64,000 bases of DNA. Origin: Isurus oxyrinchus. Its lineage: Eukaryota. A program made the position numbers and the translations under genes. The notes beneath the pieces are model-generated. The model was not told where the DNA came from, ran no database searches, and was given only the letters and a program-made list of their open reading frames with translations. Positions 13,050 through 24,201 of this stretch are shown piece after piece; positions within the stretch are counted from its first letter, which is position 1, and each line of letters opens with the position of its first letter. The stretch spans positions 4,898,001-4,962,000 of the forward strand of contig JANJGN010000034.1 in assembly GCA_026770705.1 (NCBI GenBank), given 5' to 3'.

Positions 13050-16000
13050 CAGCTGTGACCCGTGTTTACAGCACCACTTGCTCATCACGTCCACTCATGT
13101 GCACGTATCACTGGCCATTTTTACTTCATATGTTCCCAGCTAGCTGGTTGCAGACCCAGGGTTTCCGGGGGAAATCTTGACATTTACTTTCTCCCCCACG
13201 CCATGCGATTTGGCTTGATCTTATCTGACCTGCCCTTCCAAGTCCCATAAAATCTGATCATCCCTGGCTTCCTTCTTTAGTCTGTGAAGCTGTTGAAACA
13301 GCTCCCTGATGAGTTGGCTCATTATCTCCCTTACTGGACCCATCTCCTCGTTGCAAGTTATAACATATCCCAGCAACCTCATTGGTCTCCCTGCCATCAA
13401 CTCATAAGTGGTTAACACCATTATTCTTTGAGTTTTGAGGGCTGCCCCATAAGGATGTTGGCAATAAGCCTGCCCAACCTTGCTTTGTATTCTTGATGGC
13501 ATTTAACAATGCTCCTTTTAGGGTCCTATTCATTTGTTCAACCATGCCTGAGCTATGTGCATGACAAGGGGCATGGACCATCTGTTTAATTCATAGCCAC
13601 TTACATATTAATTTCTGTCCACGCCCTGAAAAATGAGCACCTTGGTCTGAATCCAACTGCAAGCGTATTCCTCAGTGTGGAATCACTACTTCTAACATTT
13701 TTGTGCCACAGTTGTGGATGAGCCATTCCCTGTGGGGAAAGCCTTTACACTTCTTGAGAATTGATCATAATAACCAGGAAGCTTTTTTTCCCCCTCCACT
13801 TAACATGAGGGGCACTTTAAAGTCTACTTTTACCTGTTTCTATGGACCAATCGATCGGGGTTGGTGTGACATGCGAAATTCCTGATGGGCCTACCTGGAT
13901 TAAGTTGGGCACATATCAGTCATTGTTGACATTATTTAGATACACCTCTTCCGATTGCCCACCACCATCAGCATCTGCCCAACCGCCCAAACAGGGCTTC
14001 CCTTCCATGATGCCCGTTGCCATGGAATATTCTCATAAGTTTCCGTTGATTACAATGAGATGCTTCCAGCTTCTCGACTTTTTGTCACACCCCATTCGTT
14101 TTTTTTTCCATAGCACCATACCACTTCCACTGTTCTCGTTGCACTTTCCTAGCATCTTTGTGTAAATTCGCTACCTTTATTTCGTCCAGACCCACAGATA
14201 CTTTGGCCGGTAGCTGGGCCTCTTTACCTGATTTATCCACATGCTGGTTGCCCAGCTCGATGGAGTCTGGTACCTTTTGATGGACTTTAACTTGAATTAC
14301 TGCTTCTTCTATGTGTTGCTTAGCAGCTTCAACTATGTCTCTAATTATTTCTCTATGGTGTACCGGTCCTCCTCCCTGCCGTAAATAGCGCCTGCGGCTC
14401 CAACCTGTTACATAGTCATGCATTAATCTGAAGACTTATCTACTGTCTATATAAATATTAACCCTTTTCCATTGTGCTATATGTTGAGCCTCTTTAGTGC
14501 CACTAACTCTCATACTTGAGCTGATAAATTACCCAGCAATTTTCTCCAATGCACAATCTGACCTTCCCCATCCATTATCACCAACCAGTGGAACTATATT
14601 CACATATCTACCGGACCCGTCCACGAACAAGGGCAGTTCTGCACCTTCTAAATCCTTTTCCCGCAGTGCCCTTGGATTCTCCTCGTTTACCTCCCGGAAG
14701 CACTTATGTTCGAATTTGTTGACAAATTCCTTTCCATCCAGCAGCAGCCCTTCTGCTGGTTTAGTCCCTAAATCGTGAAGTATTACAATCAATTTATTTT
14801 GTGGCAGTTACATTGCTACCCATGCTGCTCCACTACTGCCTTAAATTGTTCTTAACTTTCCCGTGTTAAGCAATACTGCTATAGTGTGTCTGTTGTGTAA
14901 TATCAGGTCCCCTGTCATCACTATCAGCTCAGAAAGCCTCGTAGCTGAGGACATGCAGTCAATTGCTGCTATGGACCAAGTCATCAAGCTGGCTACAGGC
15001 GACTGTCCTGTTGATAAATTCTTTACAGTTCTCATTCGATGGCCATGCTCTTGGGTCACCACCGCACTGTAAATTCCCCCCTTGTAATGGGTTTAGAGAT
15101 TAACTAACTTCCCTATACAGGGCAACCCTAAAGTTGGCACTTGGGTAATTCAATAATGGCTTATATGTTTCACCAACCCATTCTCTTGCCTTCTCCCCGT
15201 AACCTTTGATCCCCTTACCAATCAAGAACCTATTTATCTCGGCCTTCAATGCACTCAGTGACCTGTCTTCCACAGCCTTCTGTGGCAATGAACTCCATCG
15301 ATTCACCACTCTTGGCTATAGAAGTTTCTCATCATCTCTGTCCCGAGAGGTCTTCCCTTTATTCTGATGCTGTGCCCTCGGGTCCTAGTATCTTCCCCCA
15401 TTCTCTACAATCCTGCGACACTTTCCCCCATTTTATCAATTATTGCATTGGTGCTGCCCACATCGAAACATCCTCCATAAAATCCCTACAGTAATTAACC
15501 CATCCAATGATTTGCCTAACCCCTCAGACACGTACAGTTCTTCGCATGCATTCTATAGCTTTTTTCCGACTATGGGGAATTTATTTTTTCCCCTGTGATA
15601 TTACATAACCCAAATACTGCACCTGCCGTTTTCCCAGCTGAGGTTTCTTTATACTAAGTTTAAATACAGCCATTTCCAATAATTTCAGAATATGCAAGAG
15701 CGCCCCTATGTGTCCTTTTGTTTCGTCTGAGGCAATCAAAACATCATCCAGGTATTGGTTCACTAGGCTGCACTCATCAATTTCTGCGCAACTCAATGAA
15801 TCGCACATCACCTGGTGAGAAGTATTTGGACTATTGTGGAAACCCTGAGGCAATCGTATCCGAATGTCTTCTCTGTACCCGATCATAAAAGCAAATTAAT
15901 CCTGGGACCCCTCGTACAATGGTATCGCCCAAAATGCTTCAGCTGCGTCTAGGATCGAAAAGATTGTGCGGTTCGGCCCTCGATTATTGAAGATAGTGGT

Positions 16001-16720
16001 AGGCCTTGCAACTATTGGCTATTACCTCGGTGCTATCTAATTTAAAGCTGTATAGTCAATCGTTAATCATTATGAATCGTCCGGTAACTGACCGGGCCAA
16101 ATAACGGAATTGGTGATGGACTGAGACCTTCTCCCTATCCCATCCTTCTCTGAGCTCCGTATTATGGCCCTCACCGCATCCCAAGGCTCTGATTTAGTGG
16201 GTTACTGTTTCCTGGAAAGGTGTTCCAAACCAGGAATATCTATGGGGATCATATTAAACTTACCACAGTCGTGTATACACCTTGCATAAATTCAGGCAAA
16301 TTGCCAACACAGGACCCCGTATTCCCCGCGTTGTCTCCATTGGACTCTGTTGCTGCTGCCACTGCATAGGGAAATCGTCAATCCATTCTTCTAAAGTGGA
16401 CCCTGCATAATAAACTTACGATTGTGTGGGTTAATTACTGCCCCAAATCTTTTTAGATTCTCCAGCCCCATAATAAGACCCACATTAGTTTGTCCTACCC
16501 AAATGCGAATAGGACAACCAAACTGCCTATTTATAAGGGGATAACCACACTTTGTCTCACCCACTTGTGTATTCTGGTTATTCCTCTCATTTTGATGGTA
16601 ACGCTGGTAGTTGGTAGTTCCAGGTTCATAATTGAAATGGACGCCCCTGTGTCAGTTAGAATGCCGCAAAACCGCCCCCCAAGCAGTGCGTCAACAAACA
16701 TCTGTGTGCCCCCGGTCCTG
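13050..16720 (-). pseudogene. pol: pro-pol (protease, RT, RNase H, integrase), multiple stops and frameshifts
   Basis: ILTDTGASIS at ~16642-16653; LTIDYTALN; RLPQGFHNSP; QYLDDVLI at 15743-15754; LFVDGS ~14620; GNQHVD; LDSDQGAHF ~13645; SSGMVEQMNRTLK. Confidence 0.9.
15150..15390 (-). mobile_element. CR1-like LINE 3' fragment nested in ERV pol
   Basis: VNRWSSLPQKAVE...KAEINRFLIGKGIKGYGEKA, a CR1 ORF2 C-terminus, interrupts pol. Confidence 0.85.
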
Positions 16721-16799
16721 CATATCCCAAAGGCCAGCTATGGCTGGCTTGACAGGTCCCGGAATAGCCTCCCAGCATCGGCATCCTCGGGAATACCTG

Positions 16800-18056
16800 G
16801 GGCCCTGTCCTTCTCGCCCCCCTCCTGAAGCCCAACAATCACTCCGGAGCTGCCTTGCCTTCGTACAATTAGTACATTGCAGCCCCATTTCTGTCAGTCC
16901 CCTCTGTCTGCTCCAACATTGTGTGGCTATATGCCCCTCCCATCTAGTTTGAAAAAAGTCAAACCTCCGATTATCCGGAGCCACAGGAGCCATGGTTTTA
17001 TGCCCCTGTGCCTCCATCTCCGTGGCCCAGTGCATAATATCCGTATAATTCCTTCCTAATGAGAGGCACATTCTGAAAACGTTCTGGTGTTCGATATGAA
17101 CCCTTCCTTCAAAATTTTCAAGAAGATTTCATCATCCCACAGAGGATGCAGCTGTCATGAACATTGCACATATGTTTCCCAATTTCGCTCCAAATACTCT
17201 ATTATGGATTTACTTTTCCTCTGTACCACGAAAGTTATTCACCAAAAATCTGTCTCCCTCCCCCAAGGGCTTTCCTAACTGGTCTCTCAAACTCCCTTTG
17301 CAGGTTTTCTCCCAGGTTTCACTCAGTCACCACTTCTAAACTGTAGTGGTAATCTTCCCCAAGTATGCCATTGGCATGTAGCATTCACCAATACGTGAAT
17401 ATCGAGGGGATGCATTCCATGGAAATCTTGCATATCCCGCAGTTTGGTTCAAAAATTTGAATTTTTTTTTGCTGAGTTCACGTCTCGGCAATTCTTTAAG
17501 CAAAACCTGCCTTCCCCCCGGCAGAATTTTATGTGCTTAACCTTCTCTAATTCCCTCTCAAATTCCTCATCCACTCCCCATCTCCAGGACCCCTCACTCC
17601 CTTCAGGTTCTAATTCATCTCTCCTGGCTTTACTTTTCTTAACCGTTATTGCTATAGGGGCTATGGGATTCAACGTGCACATTGGAGTGGTTGGTTTATA
17701 TAAGGCCGAAACTGCCTCAGCTCCTTCAAAAGTTTCTACTTCGGAGCTTTCCTGCTCTTGATCAGTGTCAATGCAGGCTGCTGCTGTTGCCACTATTCTG
17801 ATCTATCCTGGATCTGACTTTTTCTCTCTCTAATCAACTGGAATTTACTGTTAACCCTTCTGCACAACTCAAGCTAAATTGTGATGATAATCATCATCCT
17901 TTCTATTCCTTATCTTTTATTTTTGCTCTAAACACCACTGTTTTTGTTCTCTGGGTGTTCCCTGTGTGTTCCACAGAATCTTCTCCATATCTGTGATTAC
18001 TTTTCACTGATGTTCCGCTATGAACCTTGTAATGGAATCTCCGGCTTTACAGCCAT
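16800..18056 (-). pseudogene. gag: gag, disrupted
   Basis: Candidate ATG at 18056; zinc-knuckle remnants ..EGHIATQCW and CTNCTKARQLRSDCW upstream of the protease. Confidence 0.7.
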
Positions 18057-18475
18057 GTTACTTGGCGCTATGTTGTTTCCCTGATTGCATTCTGCTGCTA
18101 TTTATCTCTGAACGGTACGTTCACATGATCCTAAAAACTTAGTTATCTGAGGTAAGTATATGCGGTGTCACTGAGGTCTGGCCTCCATACAAGGCTTCGG
18201 CCAAAGTTATATTTCAAACTCTTACCCGCTTGCACCTTTCCACCCTCTTCTAACAGGGTTCTGATGCGCCTGCGCAGCTTTGGTCCCGCTAGCTCCCCCT
18301 GCACTGCTCCGCCTATTACACCTGGCCCCTCCTTTCTTCTGTCCTGAGTCCTCATTGATACTTGACTGGACCGTTCGTGGGTAGGCTTGCTGCACTAACT
18401 ACGGGTGTTAAATGAACATACTCAACCACTGTGCAGAGCAGCCCTGAGCGTCCATTCCAAGCATCCTGACAACTA

Positions 18476-19040
18476 TGCAAAATTGATGTGGTGTCTGTGA
18501 TGAACGGACCACAGGAGACTCAGGTAGACGTTGTGATCGTTTATTCAAGCAATTGCAAGGGGGCGGGGGGGGCACTCTCTCAATGCAGCTCCACATGGTA
18601 CTCTGCGAAACTACAAGTGTTAATCATATGTGTGCATTATTGGTCATGTACAAGAAAAGTTCCAAGATTTCAATGTTGCGAACATATAGGTTTAAGTTTA
18701 ACTTAAAAGTCTGATGTTCCCATTTTGTTCTCACCCAGGCAGGGACAGTCCCTCGTACTTAAACTAGGACAAAACCAACTGTTCTTTCCGTATCTGCTGT
18801 ACACAGGCTAAACCTTAGTTGTTTTCCAAACTAAGGCTCCAGTCTGACTCCCAAAACACCAAATCCAGCATATTTAACTTCTTCCTCGTCCAATATGGCC
18901 TTGCTGTTTCTCACAAGCACCAGAAATGTGGAAGCTTTAGACTTCTTTCTCTCCAGCCTGTGCTTTAACTGTACGCTGCTTACGCAGATTGGTTGGATTT
19001 TTAAGTATTGATACCCTTCAATAAATTCTTGTTGCATCCA
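18476..19040 (-). repeat. 5' LTR of ERV
   Basis: Direct repeat of 10078-10594 (tgatgtggtgtctgtgatgaacggaccacaggagactcaggta...); exact ends uncertain by a few bp. Confidence 0.85.
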
Positions 19041-20066
19041 GAAACTGTACCGCTTTATATCCCCCAGCTGGCATATTGGGAATTATGTGAATGCAGCAAA
19101 TGCATATCCCTCTCCAGCAGTCATTTATTTGAATCTGATGTCAAGTTATAACATCGTGGCCAGCTCTGGATCCATGTTATTTTTAATGCAATATATTGTA
19201 CGTTAGGTGAGAATTCCGCCGGTATCTTCAGTTACACTTTATTGTACCTATACAACATGGTCAAATCTTGACTGGTAATGGGAGTAGAACTGATCCAAAG
19301 TTAATATCAGTACGAAAATCAGAATTACATTATCAAGGAAACCATATTTAAATTCCAGCTTAGTTGCTTCTGTCACTGTGAGAGTCAATGCCCTGTTTGC
19401 ACGTTTTTCTACGAGATTTGTTTGTTACTCCTTGAACTCTAGAAGACACAACTGAAGTAGGCAATCTAAATACTGAAGCAGTGGAAATTCAACCTTTTAT
19501 CCTAAAGGCATTATCTGAACTTGAAAACAGAGCCTGCTTATCGTCATAAACAATGGTTGCAAACCTTGCAGGGTAGCCTAACAATTGTCTGGATTAGCCA
19601 ACACAATCGACAAGCAGAATTACTCCACGTGATGAGTTCAGGTATAACAACATGATGCTGAGAGGAAACCTGATGGGTCGTTGCAAGTTTAAGTAAAATA
19701 AAATGTGGGATTACAACAATAAGTCCAGAGACTAATAAAAAATAAATTGCAAACACGCTTCTATGGTAACATCTGCATGAAACTTTATCCATTGGTTCTT
19801 AGCGAAAAATAAATCAAAACAGCCTTTCCAGTGCACCAGTTCCAAGGTGGTCACGCATTTATGGAAATATTTTGATGCAAAAAAAAAAAGAAAATTCTCC
19901 TAAGTTATCATTTTTGTCGCTTGACTCTGTCAGTCTGAATCGAATCTTCCTTTCTAGTGGGCTATTTAGCGTGACCCGAGCCTGACATTAAAAACCAATC
20001 CTCGAATTACATACTTCTTTGTATCTGAATCTCACAAAATCAGGCCATGCACATTTTTCTCTTCAG

Positions 20067-20099
20067 CTAATTGCGATCATCCAATTGATGAGAGCAACT
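20067..20099 (+). CDS. Micro-exon 3 (33 nt); (T)NCDHPIDESN
   Basis: tttttctcttcag|CTAATTGC...GAGCAACT|gtaata; weaker donor, frame-preserving. Confidence 0.55.
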
Positions 20100-20393
20100 G
20101 TAATAACTCTCTTCTGTGAAAGAGTAGAATTCACTGTATCACACGTGGAATTCAATAGCCTCTCTCACACTTGCCAAAATAACAGCTAATATTGTCCATA
20201 TCTGATATCACAAATTAATTTGGAAAAATTGTTCCAGGTCTTTAAACGGAATAATCCGATTAGAAATGTAGCAAATTTTGAATTTAAAATCAATTGGGTT
20301 AAAAATGCAACCCTTCATATAAAAGAGAGGAGACTTGAACTTGACATTCTTGGACATGTTATCCAAATATATAATTCTCCTGTTCTTTCCCAG

Positions 20394-20441
20394 TCAGTCC
20401 GAAAACAAAATTCTGTCAGAAGTTATATCCGATGGAATTTT
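20394..20441 (+). CDS. Micro-exon 4 (48 nt); (F)SPKTKFCQKLYPMEF
   Basis: tgttctttcccag|TCAGTCC...GGAATTTT|gtaagt. Confidence 0.7.
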
Positions 20442-20826
20442 GTAAGTATATTGATCACCCTTTCAAGAAATACTTTGTGGAGCATATAAAAATGGATCTG
20501 CACAAATGGTTCATGTTGCAGTATTGTGCTATTGGATAACGTTTGAACCTGATGCCTCCCAAAGATATCCGCAGAGCTTCCGTTACCTTTATTGTTAAAC
20601 AGTGCAGATTGAATCGATACAGTATTGAATTTATCCCGAGAATGTCCAGCGGTGCTGTCAAGAAATATGCATTTACGTTATGTGGTGTGGAACTGCATTT
20701 GATATTATATGTCAATTTAAAGCATGCAAACTGAAGGAGATGATTATTCTATGGTCATTAGAACAAAACGAGTACATGCTTCTTTGGCTAGAATATCAAA
20801 ATATTGAACACCTTAAAAATATCACA

Positions 20827-20829
<3 letters not shown>

Positions 20830-20875
<46 letters not shown>

Positions 20876-20889
20876 TATTTATATATATT
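20830..20889. repeat. (TA)n microsatellite
   Basis: Visible directly. Confidence 0.95.
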
Positions 20890-21082
20890 ACACGCTGTGG
20901 ATGCTGTTTGTCTACTACATTCTAGTGTACATATATGAAATAACAAAAAAGTATCATCTCAACAACACCTAAATTATATGTGTTGGAGAACAAAACCCCT
21001 GCGCTTCAAAACACACCTACATGTAATAAAATAAAAAAAAAACCCTTTGCAAAAGAAAACTAATTTCGTTCTGTTTTAACAG

Positions 21083-21118
21083 TGATAGAACATGTGGTGA
21101 AGAATCGTCGTAGCCTGG
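21083..21118 (+). CDS. Micro-exon 5 (36 nt); (L)IEHVVKNRRSL
   Basis: ttctgttttaacag|TGATAG...GCCTGG|gtaagg. Confidence 0.75.
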
Positions 21119-21827
21119 GTAAGGACAAATTCATCTTCATTAACATTAAAAATGAATCATTTCAAATATACCGTCATATATATTAGGGTGTTGAAATCAT
21201 TGTGCCCTGCTACATGATTTGAGTGAGGACATCAGGTTGTCTCGGTGACTTATTTTATATTAGGAAATGTTTGAATGGATTATCATTGACATAAATTTTA
21301 TATTTAATAAGGTACATAATAACAAGAGGTCCTACATCTTTTACATGTGAAGTAATTATACATTATGTGCGATATATATAATGCAATTCAATGCATGCCC
21401 TCTAAAGGGGATTCGAATTGTTCTTATAATGCTCGCCACACTTTTAGCAAAGATGTGAAGCCACTTGACATGATGCAATGTAGGTATATTAATTTATTCA
21501 CCCCCAAAACACATCCAAGGGCAATGAATTCGAAATTGGTGGTATGCCTTGTATGTATCCAAGCTATACTCCTTGGAGAACGTATATTGATGACATTTTT
21601 GATAGAGGCAAAGGTGTAAAATTTGGAATCAGGTTTGGTTTAGATAGACAATGATAAGTGTATACCATTGAAAGATTTTGCAAGAATCAGAGCTCTTTTG
21701 CAGAGGAGTACGGAGGTTTGATGGAAAAATAGACTGCCGTACCAATGGAACCAACATTTTCATTAAGAGAAATTTCACATTTGTGCCAATGTTCGATAAT
21801 TACTTCCTGTCATTTTGCCATTTTCAG

Positions 21828-21854
21828 AAAAACAAATCAAACAGAAAGAGAACG
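21828..21854 (+). CDS. Micro-exon 6 (27 nt); (E)KQIKQKEN
   Basis: ccattttcag|AAAAACAAATCAAACAGAAAGAGAACG|gtaaat. Confidence 0.75.
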
Positions 21855-21970
21855 GTAAATCATATTGCTCAGTAACTGTAAGTTGGATTGTTGGACGAAA
21901 TGGTACGCCTTCTGTAAGTTTTTTTAGGTTGAGTGATTCTAAACTTGTGTTAAATTGACATTTATTTCAG

Positions 21971-21997
21971 AATTAATGGGTTACGTGATCACAAGAG
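21971..21997 (+). CDS. Micro-exon 7 (27 nt); (E)LMGYVITR
   Basis: tttatttcag|AATTAATGGGTTACGTGATCACAAGAG|gttagt. Confidence 0.75.
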
Positions 21998-23309
21998 GTT
22001 AGTAATGGTAGCTTTTGGAGGTAGCTTTTGAAACATTTTGTTACAATTTTTGTAGAGTTTTGCCTTTCAAAAACGAACTATAGTTCATTATATACATTTT
22101 GCTCTTTTATTTCTGATTTGCACATACATAGAAAGATCGCCATAACAGAAAATTGTTCCATTAAAAATTGTATTCACATGACGGTGGCATAATTTCAATC
22201 CAGTGATTAAAAACCGCCAATTCTTGAAAGATCAGCAGAGTAACATTTTCACAACTTGCAACTGGTATTTTTCGCTGAATAAAAACTGTAACTTTACAAG
22301 TTTCACATTTTAATCTTGAAAATAAAATTTGAAATTTTCCATTGCAAATAATCCATTTTTCAAATGATTGAAATTTATGGCAGAAAGTAATGTCATTTAT
22401 TCAATCCTGCCAGTGCGCCTTCTCTTAAGTAGTGAACAATAATCCCCCTCAGAAATTCATATTCCATAGCCTTGCAAACATCTGTTTGTGTTTCAGTTTT
22501 ATATTTCATCGAGGTGCAGTTTCATTTTGAAGTGTACAACTGAACTACCATGATAATAACAATATTCTCCGGAAGGCAAAACTTTTCACCCACCCCACCT
22601 CTCCTGGGAGTTTTATGCATCATCTTTCGATAGGAATTTTTCCTTTCTTGTCTAATGTTTGAAAATTAGCCCCCCCCCCCCCCCCCGATTTTATCACACG
22701 TCTTTAATTAAAACCCAATAATGAAATAATTGCCTAAGAAGGAGGTTGCGCAATGAATGTGCATTCACAGATTTCTAGCATCCAAACGTATCAAATAACT
22801 AGTTAGTAACAATGTACAAACATATTTATAATTTATGTTTGTATTTGTGTGATAACCATCGCTAAATCTGCCCCTAGATTCATTTAGACATTTTTTAAAA
22901 ACCAAGAGCTGGGTGCTACGCCGTCTGGAGGCATTCATTGTACACAAACACTTAAATTAGGTTTTGCAATCAATGAAGTGAATAAATTAGTACAATGGGA
23001 ATAGATCCTTAGAGACTTTAGGGGGGGAAAAAAGTAGAAAAAAAAGTCCGTGCTGTCACCTAGCTACATGGGTCCAGGGGGAGAGACACGTGCGGGTAAT
23101 ATCAGGTGGTCATTCCGTCAGTGTATGCCTAGCATAACTGAAGAACTCACCTATCTCCCTAGAAAACCCTTCAAGACTGCTAGAGAATCGATCATAGGGT
23201 GATTTCCCGCTTGCTCTGAATTTAAAATAACAATACAGTTATGAAATAATTGATCCATTGACTGCTTCATTAATTCATTTATGTTTGTTTGTATGCATGT
23301 AGACATGCA

Positions 23310-23690
23310 GCTATCTATCTATTGATCTATTTAACTAATTATTAATCCACCACCTACCAATCCACCAATACATCTATCCAACTACCTACGTATGTATATA
23401 TGTATGGATTTATCTAACTATCTATCTGTCTGTCTATGTGTCTATCCAGTACCCAACTAACCATGGAACCATTCATCCTTCTATCTTTCTATTCCCCTTC
23501 TATCTATCTNNNNNNNNNNNNNNNNNNNNNNNNNNNNNNNNNNNNNNNNNNNNNNNNNNNNNNNNNNNNNNNNNNNNNNNNNNNNNNNNNNNNNNNNNNN
23601 NNNNNNNNNNNNNNNNNNNNNNNNNNNNNNNNNNNNNNNNNNNNNNNNNNNNNNNNNNNNNNNNNNNNNNNNNNNNTATCTATCTACTTA
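23310..23690. repeat. Degenerate (CTAT)n-rich simple repeat containing an assembly gap (N at 23510-23676)
   Basis: ctatctat units on both sides of 167 Ns. Confidence 0.85.
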
Positions 23691-24183
23691 TTTTCCTTTT
23701 ATTTATGTATTTACTTGGATGCTTACTTACTTATTGGGTGGCTGGGATTTGTATCAAGGATAGATACCAGCTGATAGAAAAACCTCCACTGTATGCTCAG
23801 AACCCGATCAGAAGAAACCTTGTTTGTCCCTGTGCCCGCGCAAGCAGGTATGCATCGGGTTCTGATTCTGGTAAATATTGATTGTGGGTCTGTGCTTGTA
23901 ATTAAATTTTTGGGATCACAGGAATGGCGAAAACGTATCAACTTCTGATGTTTGTTTCGAAATTTTTGCAACCCTTATGCAGAGCCTAGTGTTTTTTTTT
24001 ATATATACAAATGTTTTGTTGGTTATGTTAAATATACACAGTTCATTTCGTGTGAATATGTTCTGGAAATGACGTCCACGGTTGTTATTTTAAAAAAAAA
24101 CAGGCCAAGTTAAAACTAACAAGCGAGGTTTTATCTGTGACATGGATTTTCCATTGTCAACTTCAGCTGGGATCTTAACAAAA

Positions 24184-24201
24184 TGTCGGCTCTTCCGGCA
24201 A
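24184..24201 (+). other. Degenerate tRNA-Pro primer-binding site
   Basis: TGTCGGCTCTTCCGGCAA vs TGGGGGCTCGTCCGGGAT (13/18), 3 nt after the LTR CA. Confidence 0.6.

Larger units (their letters stand above)
10078..19040 (-). mobile_element. Full-length decayed endogenous retrovirus, lokiretrovirus-like (LTR-gag-pro-pol-env-LTR)
   Basis: Paired LTRs, PPT, two zinc-knuckle remnants, DTGA protease, LPQGFHNSP/YLDD RT, RNase H, integrase, env with RDKR site and TM helix. Confidence 0.9.

Noticed and set aside
19443-19460. Possible 18-nt exon (DTTEV)
   Set aside because: Needs a poor GC donor (gcaatc); unsupported without RNA data.
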